Source: an uncultured delta proteobacterium (GTDB taxonomy: Bacteria > Desulfobacterota > Desulfomonilia > UBA1062). From it: a DNA stretch of 64,000 nt. Each line of letters begins with the position of its first letter. Positions within the stretch are counted from its first letter, which is position 1. The notes beneath the pieces were generated by a model, which worked only from the letters and a program-made list of their open reading frames with translations, ran no database searches and was not told where the DNA came from. The position numbers and the translations under genes were made by a program. Location of the stretch: assembly GCA_963752595.1 (NCBI GenBank), contig CAVVYZ010000005.1:314751-378750 (forward strand). Reading direction: 5' to 3'. Of this stretch, positions 19,625-30,418 are shown piece by piece.

Positions 19625-20683
19625 ATGTTTTTCGAAAAGAAGACATTATTAGGACTGGATATCGGATCTCAATCGATTAAAATGGTTGACGTTGCAAAGG
19701 TCCGGGGAGGCTATGAACTGAAATCCCTTGGCTTGGGGCTGATTCCTGCAGAATGCATCGTTGACAAGGACATCATGGATTCGGAAACCGTAGTTGATAC
19801 CATAAAGAACTTGCGGGATAATCTCAAGATTCGCAGCCGGGGGACCGCGAGCGCCATTTCCGGCCATTCCGTTATCGTGAAAAAAGCGGAATTGCCACTC
19901 ATGAGCGAGTCCGAGCTGCAGGAAACACTCATGATCGAAGCAGAGCAGTACATCCCCTTCGACATCAATGATGTGTATCTCGATTCTTATATCCTTGGAG
20001 AGAGCCTGGAACGGTCTGACATGATGGATGTCCTCTTTGTAGCTTCAAAGAGGGAACTCGTGGATGATTATGCATCGGCCGTGAGGAATGCAGGTCTGAA
20101 ACCCATGCTCATGGATATCGACGTATTCGCCTTGGAGACAATGTACGAGGTGAACTACCCCGATGCCCCGGAATCGATCGTTGCCCTTGTAGACGCCGGC
20201 GCGTCAATGATCAATATCAATGTGCTCAAAGACGGGATGTCGATTTTTGCGCGAGACATATCCATGGGCGGCCGTCAACTCACGGAACGAATACAGCGAG
20301 AATTCAGCGTGAGTTATGAAAGGGCGGAAAACATCAAGGTGGGCTCGGATATCGAGGGCATAGATCTCGAAAGGATAAACCATATCTTCAGAATGGCGGC
20401 TGAGACCTATGTACAGGAGATCCGCAGGACACTGGATTTCTTCCTCTCCACCATGGTGAACGAGAATATAGAGCGGATCTACATGTCCGGCGGTTCCTGC
20501 AGGATACCGGGGCTGGTTAGCCTGCTGGGACGACAAATGGATATACCGGTCGAAATGGTAAACCCTTTCAATAATATCCGCTGGGACGATAAGATCTTTG
20601 ATCCGGAATATATGGCCTACATCGCACCCCAGATGGCCGTGGCGGTGGGTCTTGCTTTAAGGAGGGCCGATTACAAATGGTAA
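19625..20683 (+). CDS. pilM: Type IV pilus assembly ATPase-like protein
   Basis: GLDIGSQSIK, EAEQYIPF, VDAGA, SGG, AVAVGLALR. Confidence 0.93.
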   Translation: MFFEKKTLLGLDIGSQSIKMVDVAKVRGGYELKSLGLGLIPAECIVDKDIMDSETVVDTIKNLRDNLKIRSRGTASAISGHSVIVKKAELPLMSESELQETLMIEAEQYIPFDINDVYLDSYILGESLERSDMMDVLFVASKRELVDDYASAVRNAGLKPMLMDIDVFALETMYEVNYPDAPESIVALVDAGASMININVLKDGMSIFARDISMGGRQLTERIQREFSVSYERAENIKVGSDIEGIDLERINHIFRMAAETYVQEIRRTLDFFLSTMVNENIERIYMSGGSCRIPGLVSLLGRQMDIPVEMVNPFNNIRWDDKIFDPEYMAYIAPQMAVAVGLALRRADYKW

Positions 20684-21210
20684 AGATCAACCTGCTCCCT
20701 ATAAAATCGGAACTACGGCAAAAGGCCCTTATCGAGCACATTGTGCTTCTGTCCTTGTGTGTCGTTCTTATCTTTATCCTCTCCTGGTTTGTACAAACTT
20801 CGATCACAAATAAAAAAGAATCCCTCCAGCAAGAGATGACGAGTACGAAGCTCGAGATAGCGAAACTCACAGCCGAAGCAGGCGAAATCGAAAAGTTCAA
20901 ACAACAGAAACAGGAACTGGAGAAAAAGCTCAATGTCATTAAAGATCTGAATGCAAAGAAGTCCGGACCTGTGGAAATTCTTGACCAACTGAGCCTGCTC
21001 ATCCCTGAGAAGGCATGGGTTACCTCGATGGAAAATGCCGGGAATAAACTCGTTCTCAACGGGGTGGCAGTAGACAACCCGACAATAGCTGCATTCATGA
21101 AGAGTCTCCAGGCCTCCTCCTATTTCGAAGGAGTAGAGCTCGAGCTCACTGAGCAACAGGGCATGAATCACAAGTTTACCATCAAGTGCCAGATAAAGCT
21201 GCCGAGCTGA
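20677..21210 (+). CDS. pilN: Type IV pilus assembly protein
   Basis: INLLP N-terminal motif, TM, coiled coil; operon position. Confidence 0.92.
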   Translation: MVKINLLPIKSELRQKALIEHIVLLSLCVVLIFILSWFVQTSITNKKESLQQEMTSTKLEIAKLTAEAGEIEKFKQQKQELEKKLNVIKDLNAKKSGPVEILDQLSLLIPEKAWVTSMENAGNKLVLNGVAVDNPTIAAFMKSLQASSYFEGVELELTEQQGMNHKFTIKCQIKLPS

Positions 21211-21218
21211 GGTGATAT

Positions 21219-21839
21219 ATGAATCCTATTGATTTCATATTAAGACAAAAACCAGCCATCAAGATACTCGCTCTCGTCTTCATTCTTGGGGCTATCCTGG
21301 GAGTATACTGGCAGGTCTTCTACAAGCCTGTGGTGGCAGAAATAAAGATCATTGAGCCCGAACTCAATAAGCTCAAAATAGAGCTTTCCCAGAAGAGAGA
21401 TATCGTAAAAGAAAAACCCAGGTATGAAGCAGAGCTCGAACAGACGAGGGCAGAGCTCCACATTGCCTTGAAACAGCTCCCGAACAAAAGCGAAATCCCC
21501 ACCTTGCTGGAGAATATTTCCTCGCTGGGAATGTCTGCCGGATTGCAGTTCAAGCTCTTTAAGCCCAAGGGTGAGGTTCCGAAGAATTTCTATGCGGAGA
21601 TACCGGTAGATATCAAGGTCGAAGGAAGGTACAGGGATATCGTCTCGTTCTTTGACGAGGTATCGAAGATGCCGAGGATAGTCAATATTTCCGATATATC
21701 GATGCAGAATATCACGAAAAGCGGTGGCGGGCCTCTATACTTAAGCACTTCCTGCAGTGCCACGACATATAAATTTATTGAAGAGACAGCAAAACCAAAC
21801 GAAACGGCAAAACCAAACGAAAAAGGGAAAGCAAAATGA
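21219..21839 (+). CDS. pilO: Type IV pilus assembly protein
   Basis: QLPNKSEIPTLL, FYAEIPV, MPRIVNI. Confidence 0.92.
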   Translation: MNPIDFILRQKPAIKILALVFILGAILGVYWQVFYKPVVAEIKIIEPELNKLKIELSQKRDIVKEKPRYEAELEQTRAELHIALKQLPNKSEIPTLLENISSLGMSAGLQFKLFKPKGEVPKNFYAEIPVDIKVEGRYRDIVSFFDEVSKMPRIVNISDISMQNITKSGGGPLYLSTSCSATTYKFIEETAKPNETAKPNEKGKAK

Positions 21840-22357
21840 AAGGGTATCTATCCGTACTTATCATAATCATGTCGGTAGCTGTCGTTTCATGCTCAAAGGG
21901 CAATAACCAGTCCCAGACCTCACCGGGAACCTCTTCCAATGCCGGTACCGCAAAGCAGGAAAAGGTAACACCCGTAATGGTACAGGAAGAGCAGAAGAAA
22001 CCCGAGTACCAGGTAATCGGGATAAGGGACCCCTTCCAGCCGTTTTTGACATCACTGACAAAAGAAGATGAAATGAAGAAAGGTATTATCGATCCCCTCC
22101 AGAGGATCTCCCTTTCCCAGATCGGGATAGTAGGCGTCATTCTCGGGCATGATAAACGCGCACTCATCCAGGAATCATCGGGGATGGGATATATCATCAA
22201 GGAAGGAAGCCTCGTGGGAGAGAACTCGGGGATCGTGACCGGGATTACAGCCGATGGGGTCACCATAAAACAACATTTCAAAGACTACATGGGGCGCGTG
22301 AATACACGGGAAATAGTGTTGTCGCTCAGGAAGGAAGAGGGGGTAACTGGAAAATGA
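21836..22357 (+). CDS. pilP: Type IV pilus lipoprotein
   Basis: Lipobox VVSC, RDPFQP, DPLQ, GENSG. Confidence 0.88.
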   Translation: MKGYLSVLIIIMSVAVVSCSKGNNQSQTSPGTSSNAGTAKQEKVTPVMVQEEQKKPEYQVIGIRDPFQPFLTSLTKEDEMKKGIIDPLQRISLSQIGIVGVILGHDKRALIQESSGMGYIIKEGSLVGENSGIVTGITADGVTIKQHFKDYMGRVNTREIVLSLRKEEGVTGK

Positions 22358-24204
22358 ACAAGAAAATCATCCATACTGTAATAATCGGCCTATTGTTGAT
22401 GCCCGCATGTGGGTTTGGGCTGACCATACAGAGCGTTGATTTCATGACGGTCGAGAATAAATCAAGGCTCCAGATCGGTCTCGACGGGAAGGCCGCCTTT
22501 GATGTGACACGCACAGGAGACAAGCTTATCCTCCGAATTGATAATGCAAAAATACCGAAAAATCTCGCGCGTCCCTTTATCACATCGGAATTCGAGACCG
22601 CTGTCAAAGAGTTCCTCCCGAAGCAGAAGGGAAAGGATGTCCTGTTCGATGTAACCATGAAAAAGGTTGTCCCGTATTTCGTATCCCAGGACAAATCAGT
22701 CCTTATTATGGATTTTGATATTCCCGATTGGGCAAGGAAAGCAAATCAGGAAACAAAAAATCAGGCCGTAACCGTTCAGCAGGCAAGTACGACCAAACAG
22801 GTGGCCCAGCTCATGGGTAAAGAGAAGCAAGCCCCTTCACAGGCAAAAGGAGCTTTCCTGTCTGCAAAATCAAATGACTTCATCAACGAATCAACCAGGG
22901 AACCAAAGTATATAGGAGAGCGCATATCGCTCGATTTCCAGAATGCGGATATTCACAATGTCTTGAGGATCATTGCTGACGTCAGCGGCCTCAATATCGT
23001 TACATCAGATGAAGTAAAAGGCAACATCACCATCAGGCTCAAAGACGTCCCTTGGGATCAGGCTCTCGATGTCGTGCTGGAAAGCAAAGACCTCGGAAAG
23101 ATGGAAGTGGGCAATGTGGTGAGGATAGATGCCGCAGAAAAGATTAAAAAGGCACAGGAAAGAAAACTCGAATCCCTGAAAACCGAAGAGCAGCTCGAGC
23201 CCCTCGTCACTTCCGTTATCCCTGTGAATTTTGCAAAGTCCTCTGAAGTCGCAAAAACGATCAAAGGCAAGGAAGTGGGCCTGGTATCCGACCGGGGCAG
23301 CATTACTGCAGAAGACAGAACAAATGTTCTCATTGTAAAAGATATCAAGAAAAATGTCGATGATATCAATGCGATGATCAAACGTCTTGACAAGGCGACA
23401 CCCCAGGTACTCATCTCCGCACGGATCGTACAGGCAGACGATGACTTCACCAGAGGCCTCGGAGTCCAGTGGGGAGGTTCATGGAGAAACCAGTCGGACA
23501 GGACACATTTCGGTCTCACAGGCGTCAATTCCGGAGCTGCAAGGGATCTCTTCAGCTCAACGACCACTCCGGGAGGTAGTCCCACCTGGTCCACATCGGT
23601 CGTTCCAAGCCCGTCTCTTGCAGTCAACTTCCCGACCAACCAGGCGGCAGGATTCGGCATTTCTGTTGGAAGGCTTGCAGGGTCATCCTTTGATCTCGAT
23701 CTCAGACTGGATATCGGCGAGTCGATAGGAAATGCAGAGGTAATTGCACGGCCGAAGATCGTTACCATGGACAACAAAAAGGCCACGATCCGCCAGGGCG
23801 AGAAATATCCTTACATTGTAAGGGATAAGGATGGGCAGCTCTCCACAGAGCTCAAGGACATCGAGCTGGTCCTTGAAGTGACACCGCGCATTGCCTTTGA
23901 TGGCAGCGTCAATATGGAGATCTCGGTAAAAAGGAATGCGCTCGGCTCCATCAAGAACGCGCTGGGAGATCCGAGTATCTCCTCCCGTGAAGCACAGACA
24001 GAGGTGCTCGTGAGGAACGGGGAGACTTCGGTCATCGGCGGGATCATCGAAGAAGAGGTACGCCAGAATATCAACCAGGTACCCTTCCTCGGGAGATTAC
24101 CCGTCGTAGGCTTCCTCTTCAGGGGAAAGACCATCGACAAATCCAAAAAAGAGCTACTGATCTTCATTACACCCCAAGTGCTCGAACCGGTGGCAATTAA
24201 ATAA
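22354..24204 (+). CDS. pilQ: Type IV pilus secretin
   Basis: ISLDFQNAD, VPWDQALD, QVLISARIV, VPFLGRLPVVGFLF, ELLIFITP. Confidence 0.95.
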   Translation: MNKKIIHTVIIGLLLMPACGFGLTIQSVDFMTVENKSRLQIGLDGKAAFDVTRTGDKLILRIDNAKIPKNLARPFITSEFETAVKEFLPKQKGKDVLFDVTMKKVVPYFVSQDKSVLIMDFDIPDWARKANQETKNQAVTVQQASTTKQVAQLMGKEKQAPSQAKGAFLSAKSNDFINESTREPKYIGERISLDFQNADIHNVLRIIADVSGLNIVTSDEVKGNITIRLKDVPWDQALDVVLESKDLGKMEVGNVVRIDAAEKIKKAQERKLESLKTEEQLEPLVTSVIPVNFAKSSEVAKTIKGKEVGLVSDRGSITAEDRTNVLIVKDIKKNVDDINAMIKRLDKATPQVLISARIVQADDDFTRGLGVQWGGSWRNQSDRTHFGLTGVNSGAARDLFSSTTTPGGSPTWSTSVVPSPSLAVNFPTNQAAGFGISVGRLAGSSFDLDLRLDIGESIGNAEVIARPKIVTMDNKKATIRQGEKYPYIVRDKDGQLSTELKDIELVLEVTPRIAFDGSVNMEISVKRNALGSIKNALGDPSISSREAQTEVLVRNGETSVIGGIIEEEVRQNINQVPFLGRLPVVGFLFRGKTIDKSKKELLIFITPQVLEPVAIK

Positions 24205-24215
24205 GAAAGCCTATC

Positions 24216-24255
24216 GCATACATCGTGCCCTTCCTCAAAGGGGCACGATGTATGC
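24216..24255 (+). terminator. Strong hairpin after pilQ
   Basis: GCATACATCGTGCCC...GGGCACGATGTATGC, perfect 15-bp stem; no clear U-tract. Confidence 0.6.
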
Positions 24256-24318
24256 AAAGTTATCTATAAAAACCCTTCTCTATTCCCAAAACACCTTTCG
24301 CGTGACGCGCAAATTTAT

Positions 24319-24456
24319 GAAGTACCCCACGGCCAAGTTACCGGGTATCAGAATTTTTTATTCTACACTCTCTCCTATATCCTCTCACGACCAGCTTTGC
24401 GGGTGCTCCGGGGGAGAGGAAGAAGAGGTACCCGTTAAGCCAAGCTGCCGGGAATC
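24319..24456. repeat. Degenerate direct-repeat pair resembling an IS200/IS605-derived non-autonomous (REP/PATE-like) element
   Basis: GAAGTACCCCACGGCCAAGTTACCGGGTATC (24319-24349) versus GAGGTACCCGTTAAGCCAAGCTGCCGGGAATC (24425-24456). Confidence 0.45.
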
Positions 24457-24523
24457 TCCTGATTGACAGAACTACTTTATAATTACTATATGGTATTTAT
24501 CTATCTCAAGAGGAGAATTACGT

Positions 24524-25177
24524 ATGGCAAAGGCTTCGAGAAAAGACCTGCTTAACGCCCCGGATGAATTTATAACCACTACCAGTTACGCGGTAAAATG
24601 GATCAAGGAGAACCCGTCGCGGTTTGCAATCATGGTAACAATTATATTCGTTGTCTTCGCAAGCGGGATTGGATTCTATCACTGGAAAACGAGCAGGGAA
24701 AGCTCTGCCATGATCGCATACAGCAATGCAGTGAACAGTTCACAGCTTACCTTGGACGTTATCCAGAAATATTCCGATACCAAGGCTGCAAAGCTTTCCA
24801 AATTAAGGCTTTCACAAATGGCTTACAATGAGAAAAATTTTAGGATGGCTGTTGATTATGCACAGGAGTTCGTCAATGGATGGGGCGGGGAAGATACCTT
24901 CCATTGGCAGGGAGTCATGATCATTGCAGCCGCATACATGAACCAGCGTAATTTTGAGAAGGCGCTGCCTTTGCTTGAAGATTGCATAAAAAGTTCCCCT
25001 GCAAACATCAAAGATCAGGCCCTCTTCTCCAAATCACAGGTACTGATTGCACTCGGCAAGAACGCAGAAGCAAAAAAAGCTCTTGCTGAGATTTCTGAAA
25101 ATTACCGGGATGTTGCCGCACCTTCCCTTGCATCTCTGGAAATGCGCCAAGGAGTGTCTCTTGATGCAAAACAGTAA
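24524..25177 (+). CDS. YfgM-like membrane-anchored TPR protein
   Basis: LNAPDEF N-term, single TM, YSDTKAA, TPR-like helices; precedes ftsH. Confidence 0.7.
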   Translation: MAKASRKDLLNAPDEFITTTSYAVKWIKENPSRFAIMVTIIFVVFASGIGFYHWKTSRESSAMIAYSNAVNSSQLTLDVIQKYSDTKAAKLSKLRLSQMAYNEKNFRMAVDYAQEFVNGWGGEDTFHWQGVMIIAAAYMNQRNFEKALPLLEDCIKSSPANIKDQALFSKSQVLIALGKNAEAKKALAEISENYRDVAAPSLASLEMRQGVSLDAKQ

Positions 25178-26981
25178 ATCCCCGAAGAGCGGGAATGGTA
25201 TGATAAAAAATATTGCCCTGTGGGTAGTCATTGCCCTCATCATGGTCATGCTCTTCCATCTCTTCAATAAACCTTCAACCGAAACGACAGCCCTACCCTT
25301 CAGTCAATTTCTCGAAACGCTGGATAAAGGAGAGGTGAAAGAGGTTGTCATTCAGGGAAATGACCTTAAAGGGAAGCTGAGAAACGGTGCCCCGTTCCAG
25401 ACTTACTCTCCGGATGATCCTAAGCTTGTTGAGCGACTGATGGAGAAAAAGGTTCTCATCTCGGCAAAGCCCAGTGATGATTCTCCATGGTACATGTCCG
25501 TGCTCATCTCCTGGATACCCATGCTGCTCCTCATCGGTGTATGGATCCTCTTCATGCGGCAGATGCAGGCAGGAGGAAGCAAGGCCATGAGTTTTGGCCG
25601 GAGCCGTGCCAAATTGATGACCCAGGATAAGATCAAAGTAACCTTTGCCGATGTAGCAGGGGTGAACGAAGCCAAGGAAGAGCTTGAAGAAATCATCGAA
25701 TTCCTGAAAGAGCCGAAACGGTTCACTTCACTTGGGGGAAGGATTCCCAAGGGAGTGCTCCTACTCGGCCCCCCCGGCACGGGAAAAACCTTGCTTGCAA
25801 AGGCCGTCGCCGGCGAAGCATCGGTGCCTTTCTTTAGCATGTCCGGCTCGGATTTCGTCGAAATGTTCGTCGGTGTCGGAGCATCAAGGGTCAGAGACCT
25901 CTTTGCCCAAGGCAAGCAGCATGCCCCCTGCATCATATTCATCGATGAGATCGATGCCGTGGGAAGACATAGGGGGGCAGGCCTGGGCGGCGGCCATGAT
26001 GAGAGAGAGCAGACGCTCAATCAGCTCCTGGTGGAAATGGACGGCTTCGAATCGAACGAGGGTGTCATCCTCATGGCTGCCACAAACAGGCCGGATGTAC
26101 TCGACCCTGCACTGATGAGGCCCGGAAGGTTCGACCGGCAGGTCGTAGTGGCAAGCCCTGATGTAAAAGGGAGGGAAGGAATCCTGAAAGTGCACTCCCG
26201 GAATATACCCCTTGCCGAAGACGTGGACTTGCGTATCCTTGCAAAAGCAACCCCGGGGTTTTCCGGTGCAGATCTTTCTAATCTCGTAAACGAGGGCGCA
26301 TTACTTGCTGCCCGGAAGAAACGCACCAAGGTATGCATGGACGATCTCGAAATGGCAAAAGACAAAGTGCTTATGGGCGTGGAACGCAAGAGCATGGTCA
26401 TATCGGAAGAAGAAAAGAATGCCACGGCATACCATGAAGCAGGCCATGCACTGATGGCAAAGAAACTGCCCAATGCCGACCCGGTATACAAGGTAAGCAT
26501 CATCCCGCGGGGAAGAGCCATGGGGGTTACCCAGCAGCTTCCCATCGATGACAGGCATACCTATAAGAAGGACTACCTCCTTGCAACCATTTCCGTGCTC
26601 ATGGGAGGAAGGGTGGCAGAAGAGCAGGTCCTTGGTTGCCTCACAACCGGTGCCGGGAACGATATCGAGCGTGCATCCGACATGGCGCGTCACATGGTGA
26701 CCGAATGGGGCATGAGTTCCCTTGGGCCGTTAAGCTTCGGCAGGGTTGAGCAGGAGATATTCCTGGGACGTGAAATCTCCAAACGTGTAGACTATAGCGA
26801 ATTGACTGCCCAGAAGATCGATGAAGAAATTAAAGTGATCATTTTGGACTGCTATAACAACACTAACCACATCATCAAGGAAAACATCGATATCTTGCAT
26901 AAGATAGCAAAACGCTTGCTTGAGAAAGAGGTTATCGACGGTTCTGAGATCGATAGAATCATAGAGGAAGGGATTGCTTAG
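25164..26981 (+). CDS. ftsH: ATP-dependent zinc metalloprotease
   Basis: [30 protein letters not shown]; AAGGAG RBS before 25161/25164. Confidence 0.97.
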   Translation: MQNSKSPKSGNGMIKNIALWVVIALIMVMLFHLFNKPSTETTALPFSQFLETLDKGEVKEVVIQGNDLKGKLRNGAPFQTYSPDDPKLVERLMEKKVLISAKPSDDSPWYMSVLISWIPMLLLIGVWILFMRQMQAGGSKAMSFGRSRAKLMTQDKIKVTFADVAGVNEAKEELEEIIEFLKEPKRFTSLGGRIPKGVLLLGPPGTGKTLLAKAVAGEASVPFFSMSGSDFVEMFVGVGASRVRDLFAQGKQHAPCIIFIDEIDAVGRHRGAGLGGGHDEREQTLNQLLVEMDGFESNEGVILMAATNRPDVLDPALMRPGRFDRQVVVASPDVKGREGILKVHSRNIPLAEDVDLRILAKATPGFSGADLSNLVNEGALLAARKKRTKVCMDDLEMAKDKVLMGVERKSMVISEEEKNATAYHEAGHALMAKKLPNADPVYKVSIIPRGRAMGVTQQLPIDDRHTYKKDYLLATISVLMGGRVAEEQVLGCLTTGAGNDIERASDMARHMVTEWGMSSLGPLSFGRVEQEIFLGREISKRVDYSELTAQKIDEEIKVIILDCYNNTNHIIKENIDILHKIAKRLLEKEVIDGSEIDRIIEEGIA

Positions 26982-28158
26982 AGCCAGACTAGTTCCATAT
27001 GCCGACGAGCAGACCATTCTTTCGTGCGGAGCCGATCCGGCATCACTTCCCTACATGGTCCCTAAGCTTACTCACAAGAACCTCCTGCTCGAAGGCGTCA
27101 GGCCGTTCGCAGCAAATATCCTCAAGCAGAACATGCTCTCGCTGGGTGGAGACGTTGCCGTCCACAGGGATGTAATTTCCGGAAAGGTGGATTCCTCAAA
27201 CTGCCTGCTCATGGGAGATCTCCGGCATTACAAGCGCCTTGTGGAAAAGATTAAATCCCAGCCGGGCCTTGAAGCCATAGCCGAAGTTATCGAAGAGCAG
27301 ATCTTTCATGAGATAAAAGGTCTCGTTCTTACCCTGTGTTCAAAGAACTATTCCTGGGACAGCATCCCTATTATCATGGGTATACTCAATATTACCCCCG
27401 ATTCATTTTCGGACGGCGGATTATGGTATGATCCTTACCGGGCACTTGACCATGCTCTCGAGATGGTAGAGCAGGGAGCCGATATTCTAGATGTCGGGGG
27501 AGAATCATCCAGGCCGGGCGCAGAGAGCATCGATGCCAGGGAAGAAACAGCCCGCGTCGTGCCGATCATTGAGAAGGTAGCGCCGCGGGTAAGCATCCCG
27601 ATCAGTATCGATACGAGAAATGCAGAAACGGCCGAAGCAGCGCTCGGTGCCGGTGCATGCATGATAAATGACGTCAGTGCGCTGTCTCATGATCCCCACA
27701 TGCTTGGCATTGCAAAAGAAGCGGGTGCCGGCATCATCCTGATGCACATGCGGGGAACCCCCGGAACCATGCAGAACAATACAGGATACCTCGATATATT
27801 CCATGAAATATACTCGTACCTTGATGATAAGATCAAACAGTGCCTCGAAGCGGGAATCGATCGGAAGTCCATCCTCGTTGATCCCGGCATAGGGTTCGGA
27901 AAAGACCTCAAGGGAAATTTAAGCCTTATCCGTCGTATCTCGGAATTCAGGTCACTACGCGTACCGGTTGTTCTCGGACATTCAAGAAAGTCCTTCATCG
28001 GCTCTGTACTGGATGCATCTGTTGACCAAAGGCAGGAAGGTACGGATGCGGTAAGTTCATGGGCAATCATTCAGGGGGTTGATGTGCTGCGCGTTCATGA
28101 CATCCAGAGAACGGGTCGAATCAAGAAAATGATCCTGGCTGTAAAGGACCTCGTATGA
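26974..28158 (+). CDS. folP: Dihydropteroate synthase with about 130-aa N-terminal extension
   Basis: [46 protein letters not shown]. Confidence 0.93.
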   Translation: MLRARLVPYADEQTILSCGADPASLPYMVPKLTHKNLLLEGVRPFAANILKQNMLSLGGDVAVHRDVISGKVDSSNCLLMGDLRHYKRLVEKIKSQPGLEAIAEVIEEQIFHEIKGLVLTLCSKNYSWDSIPIIMGILNITPDSFSDGGLWYDPYRALDHALEMVEQGADILDVGGESSRPGAESIDAREETARVVPIIEKVAPRVSIPISIDTRNAETAEAALGAGACMINDVSALSHDPHMLGIAKEAGAGIILMHMRGTPGTMQNNTGYLDIFHEIYSYLDDKIKQCLEAGIDRKSILVDPGIGFGKDLKGNLSLIRRISEFRSLRVPVVLGHSRKSFIGSVLDASVDQRQEGTDAVSSWAIIQGVDVLRVHDIQRTGRIKKMILAVKDLV

Positions 28159-28535
28159 TTGTGGGTGTGGGGATTGATATTGTGGACGTGGAGCGGATAG
28201 CATCTCTCCTGGAAAGATATGGGGATCGTTTTCTCCGTCGCGTCTTCACAGAAAGCGAAGTTGATTATTGCAGGAGCAAACGCAATCCATCCCCCCATCT
28301 TTCAGCGCGCTTCGCTGCAAAAGAGGCAGCCTCCAAGGCCCTTGGGACAGGGTTTGCGGACGGCATGAGATTTATTGATATTGAAGTTTCCAGGAACCAT
28401 GCCCGACCGCGCATTCTTCTTCATAATAGAGCACTGGCACTGGCAGAAAAGCTCGGGGTACGCCGGATGCACCTCAGCATTTCACATGATCGCCTCTATG
28501 CCGCAGCAACGGTTATTCTGGAGGATTCCGACTGA
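28155..28535 (+). CDS. acpS: Holo-ACP synthase
   Basis: GVGIDIV, ARFAAKEAASKALGTG, LSISHD. Confidence 0.95.
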   Translation: MIVGVGIDIVDVERIASLLERYGDRFLRRVFTESEVDYCRSKRNPSPHLSARFAAKEAASKALGTGFADGMRFIDIEVSRNHARPRILLHNRALALAEKLGVRRMHLSISHDRLYAAATVILEDSD

Positions 28536-28650
28536 TTTTTCTCTGGTTAAAAGAGTGGGTACCCTGATACATTGTGGTGTAACATATCTGCTTCGGTATG
28601 AAGGTAAAAATAATAATTACTCAAGGGCACTATTCGTAAAGGAAACAGCG

Positions 28651-29112
28651 ATGCCGGCATACATCAGTAACAGCCCTGGAGAGACAAGGAATTTGGGAAG
28701 AAGCATCGGGGAAAGCCTGAAAGGGGGCGAGATCATCCTTTTGCATGGCGACCTCGGGGCCGGGAAAACCCTTCTGACAAAAGGGATCGCGGAGGGATTG
28801 GGCATTGAAGGATCAGTCTCTGTGGTGAGCCCGAGTTTTACCCTGGTAAATATCTATAAAGCAAGGCTTGACATAGTACATGTAGATCTCTATAGGCTAA
28901 ACTCTGACGAGATTTATGATCTTGGGCTGGAAGATTATATGGATCAGGAGCATATCATGGTAGTCGAATGGGCGGAGAAGGCACCCCTTTTCTTTTCAAA
29001 TCGAACTTTTGATATCACCATAGAATACAAAGGGGAAAATTCCCGCACAATCAGCCTGAATTCTCAAGAACCACTACCCGTCCCGAAACCTGCAGGATCT
29101 TCTCAGAAATGA
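28651..29112 (+). CDS. tsaE: tRNA t6A biosynthesis ATPase
   Basis: GDLGAGKT, SPSFTLV, HVDLYRL, VEWAE. Confidence 0.93.
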   Translation: MPAYISNSPGETRNLGRSIGESLKGGEIILLHGDLGAGKTLLTKGIAEGLGIEGSVSVVSPSFTLVNIYKARLDIVHVDLYRLNSDEIYDLGLEDYMDQEHIMVVEWAEKAPLFFSNRTFDITIEYKGENSRTISLNSQEPLPVPKPAGSSQK

Positions 29113-29189
29113 TGCATGGTATAAGAAATGGCTGCATCGATGAGAACAGATCCCACAAACCGGTTCTTTACCCTTAAGGGAAACGTCCT

Positions 29190-30416
29190 ATGGGAGTAGT
29201 TGTCCAGAAATACGGTGGTACATCGGTCGGCAATCTTGAAAAGATAGCTGTCGTAGCAAGAAAGGTTGCAAAGCGCTACCAGGAGGGAAACAGCATCGTG
29301 GTGGTAGTATCTGCAATGTCCGGTGAAACGGACAGGCTCATCGGTCTTGCCAAAGGGGTATCACCAAGGCCCGATCTTCGGGAAATGGACGTGCTGATCT
29401 CCACAGGCGAGCAGGCAAGTATCGCCCTGTTGGCAATGGCGTTGAAGGACCTGGGTGTGCCTGCACGGTCTCTTCTTGCCCATCAGATCAGCATCGTCAC
29501 GGATAATGCGCATACAAAGGCTCGAATTATCCACGTAGAGCTCGAAATGATCCAGAAGGTATTGGCCTTGGGCGAGGTTGCCGTAGTAGCGGGGTTCCAG
29601 GGCGTGACCGAAGGAAAGGATATCACAACCCTGGGGAGAGGTGGATCCGATACCTCTGCAGTTGCCATGGCTGCTGTTCTCAATGCGGATGTGTGTGAGA
29701 TCTATACCGATGTCGATGGAGTGTATACTTGTGATCCTAACATCTGCGATAAGGCCAGAAGGCTGGATAAGATTTCCTATGACGAGATGCTCGAAATGGC
29801 GTCCTTGGGGGCCAAGGTGCTTCAGACACGCTCGGTTGAATTTGCAAAAAAGTATAATGTACCGATTCTGGTCAAGAGCACATTCTCAGACGAAGGAGGC
29901 ACCTTGACCACCACGGAGGACGAGGACATGGAAAAGGAAGTTGTTTCCGGGATTACCTATGATCGCAATGAAGCCCGCATCACGTTGCTTGGGTTACAAG
30001 ACAGACCTGGGATCGCTGCTACTGTTTTCACCGCCCTGGCTGGTGACAATATCAATGTTGATATGATTATCCAAAATTCTTCCGCAGACGGCAAATTTGC
30101 CGATCTGAGCTTTACCGTTACAAAAAACGATTATGACAGGGCCTTGGAGATAGTACGGAAAATGGTGACCGAACTGGGAGCAAGGGACGTAGTTGGAGAT
30201 ACATCCATTGCAAAACTCTCCATTGTAGGAGTCGGGATGCGGTCGCATGCCGGTGTTGCATCCCGGATGTTCGAGGCGCTCTCAGGAGTCGGAATCAATA
30301 TAATCATGATCTCCACCTCGGAGATCAAAGTCTCATGCGTAATAGATGAAAAATTCATAGAATTGGGCATACGTGTCCTCCACGAGGTCTTTGAACTTGA
30401 TAAAGCAAAGGAATAG
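29190..30416 (+). CDS. lysC: Aspartate kinase
   Basis: VQKYGGTSV, TLGRGGSDTSA, two ACT domains. Confidence 0.95.
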   Translation: MGVVVQKYGGTSVGNLEKIAVVARKVAKRYQEGNSIVVVVSAMSGETDRLIGLAKGVSPRPDLREMDVLISTGEQASIALLAMALKDLGVPARSLLAHQISIVTDNAHTKARIIHVELEMIQKVLALGEVAVVAGFQGVTEGKDITTLGRGGSDTSAVAMAAVLNADVCEIYTDVDGVYTCDPNICDKARRLDKISYDEMLEMASLGAKVLQTRSVEFAKKYNVPILVKSTFSDEGGTLTTTEDEDMEKEVVSGITYDRNEARITLLGLQDRPGIAATVFTALAGDNINVDMIIQNSSADGKFADLSFTVTKNDYDRALEIVRKMVTELGARDVVGDTSIAKLSIVGVGMRSHAGVASRMFEALSGVGINIIMISTSEIKVSCVIDEKFIELGIRVLHEVFELDKAKE

Positions 30417-30418
30417 CA

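Noticed and set aside
21783-21822. 18-bp tandem repeat at the pilO 3' end (ETAKPN x2)
   Set aside because: Two copies in a disordered tail; a trivial slippage duplication.
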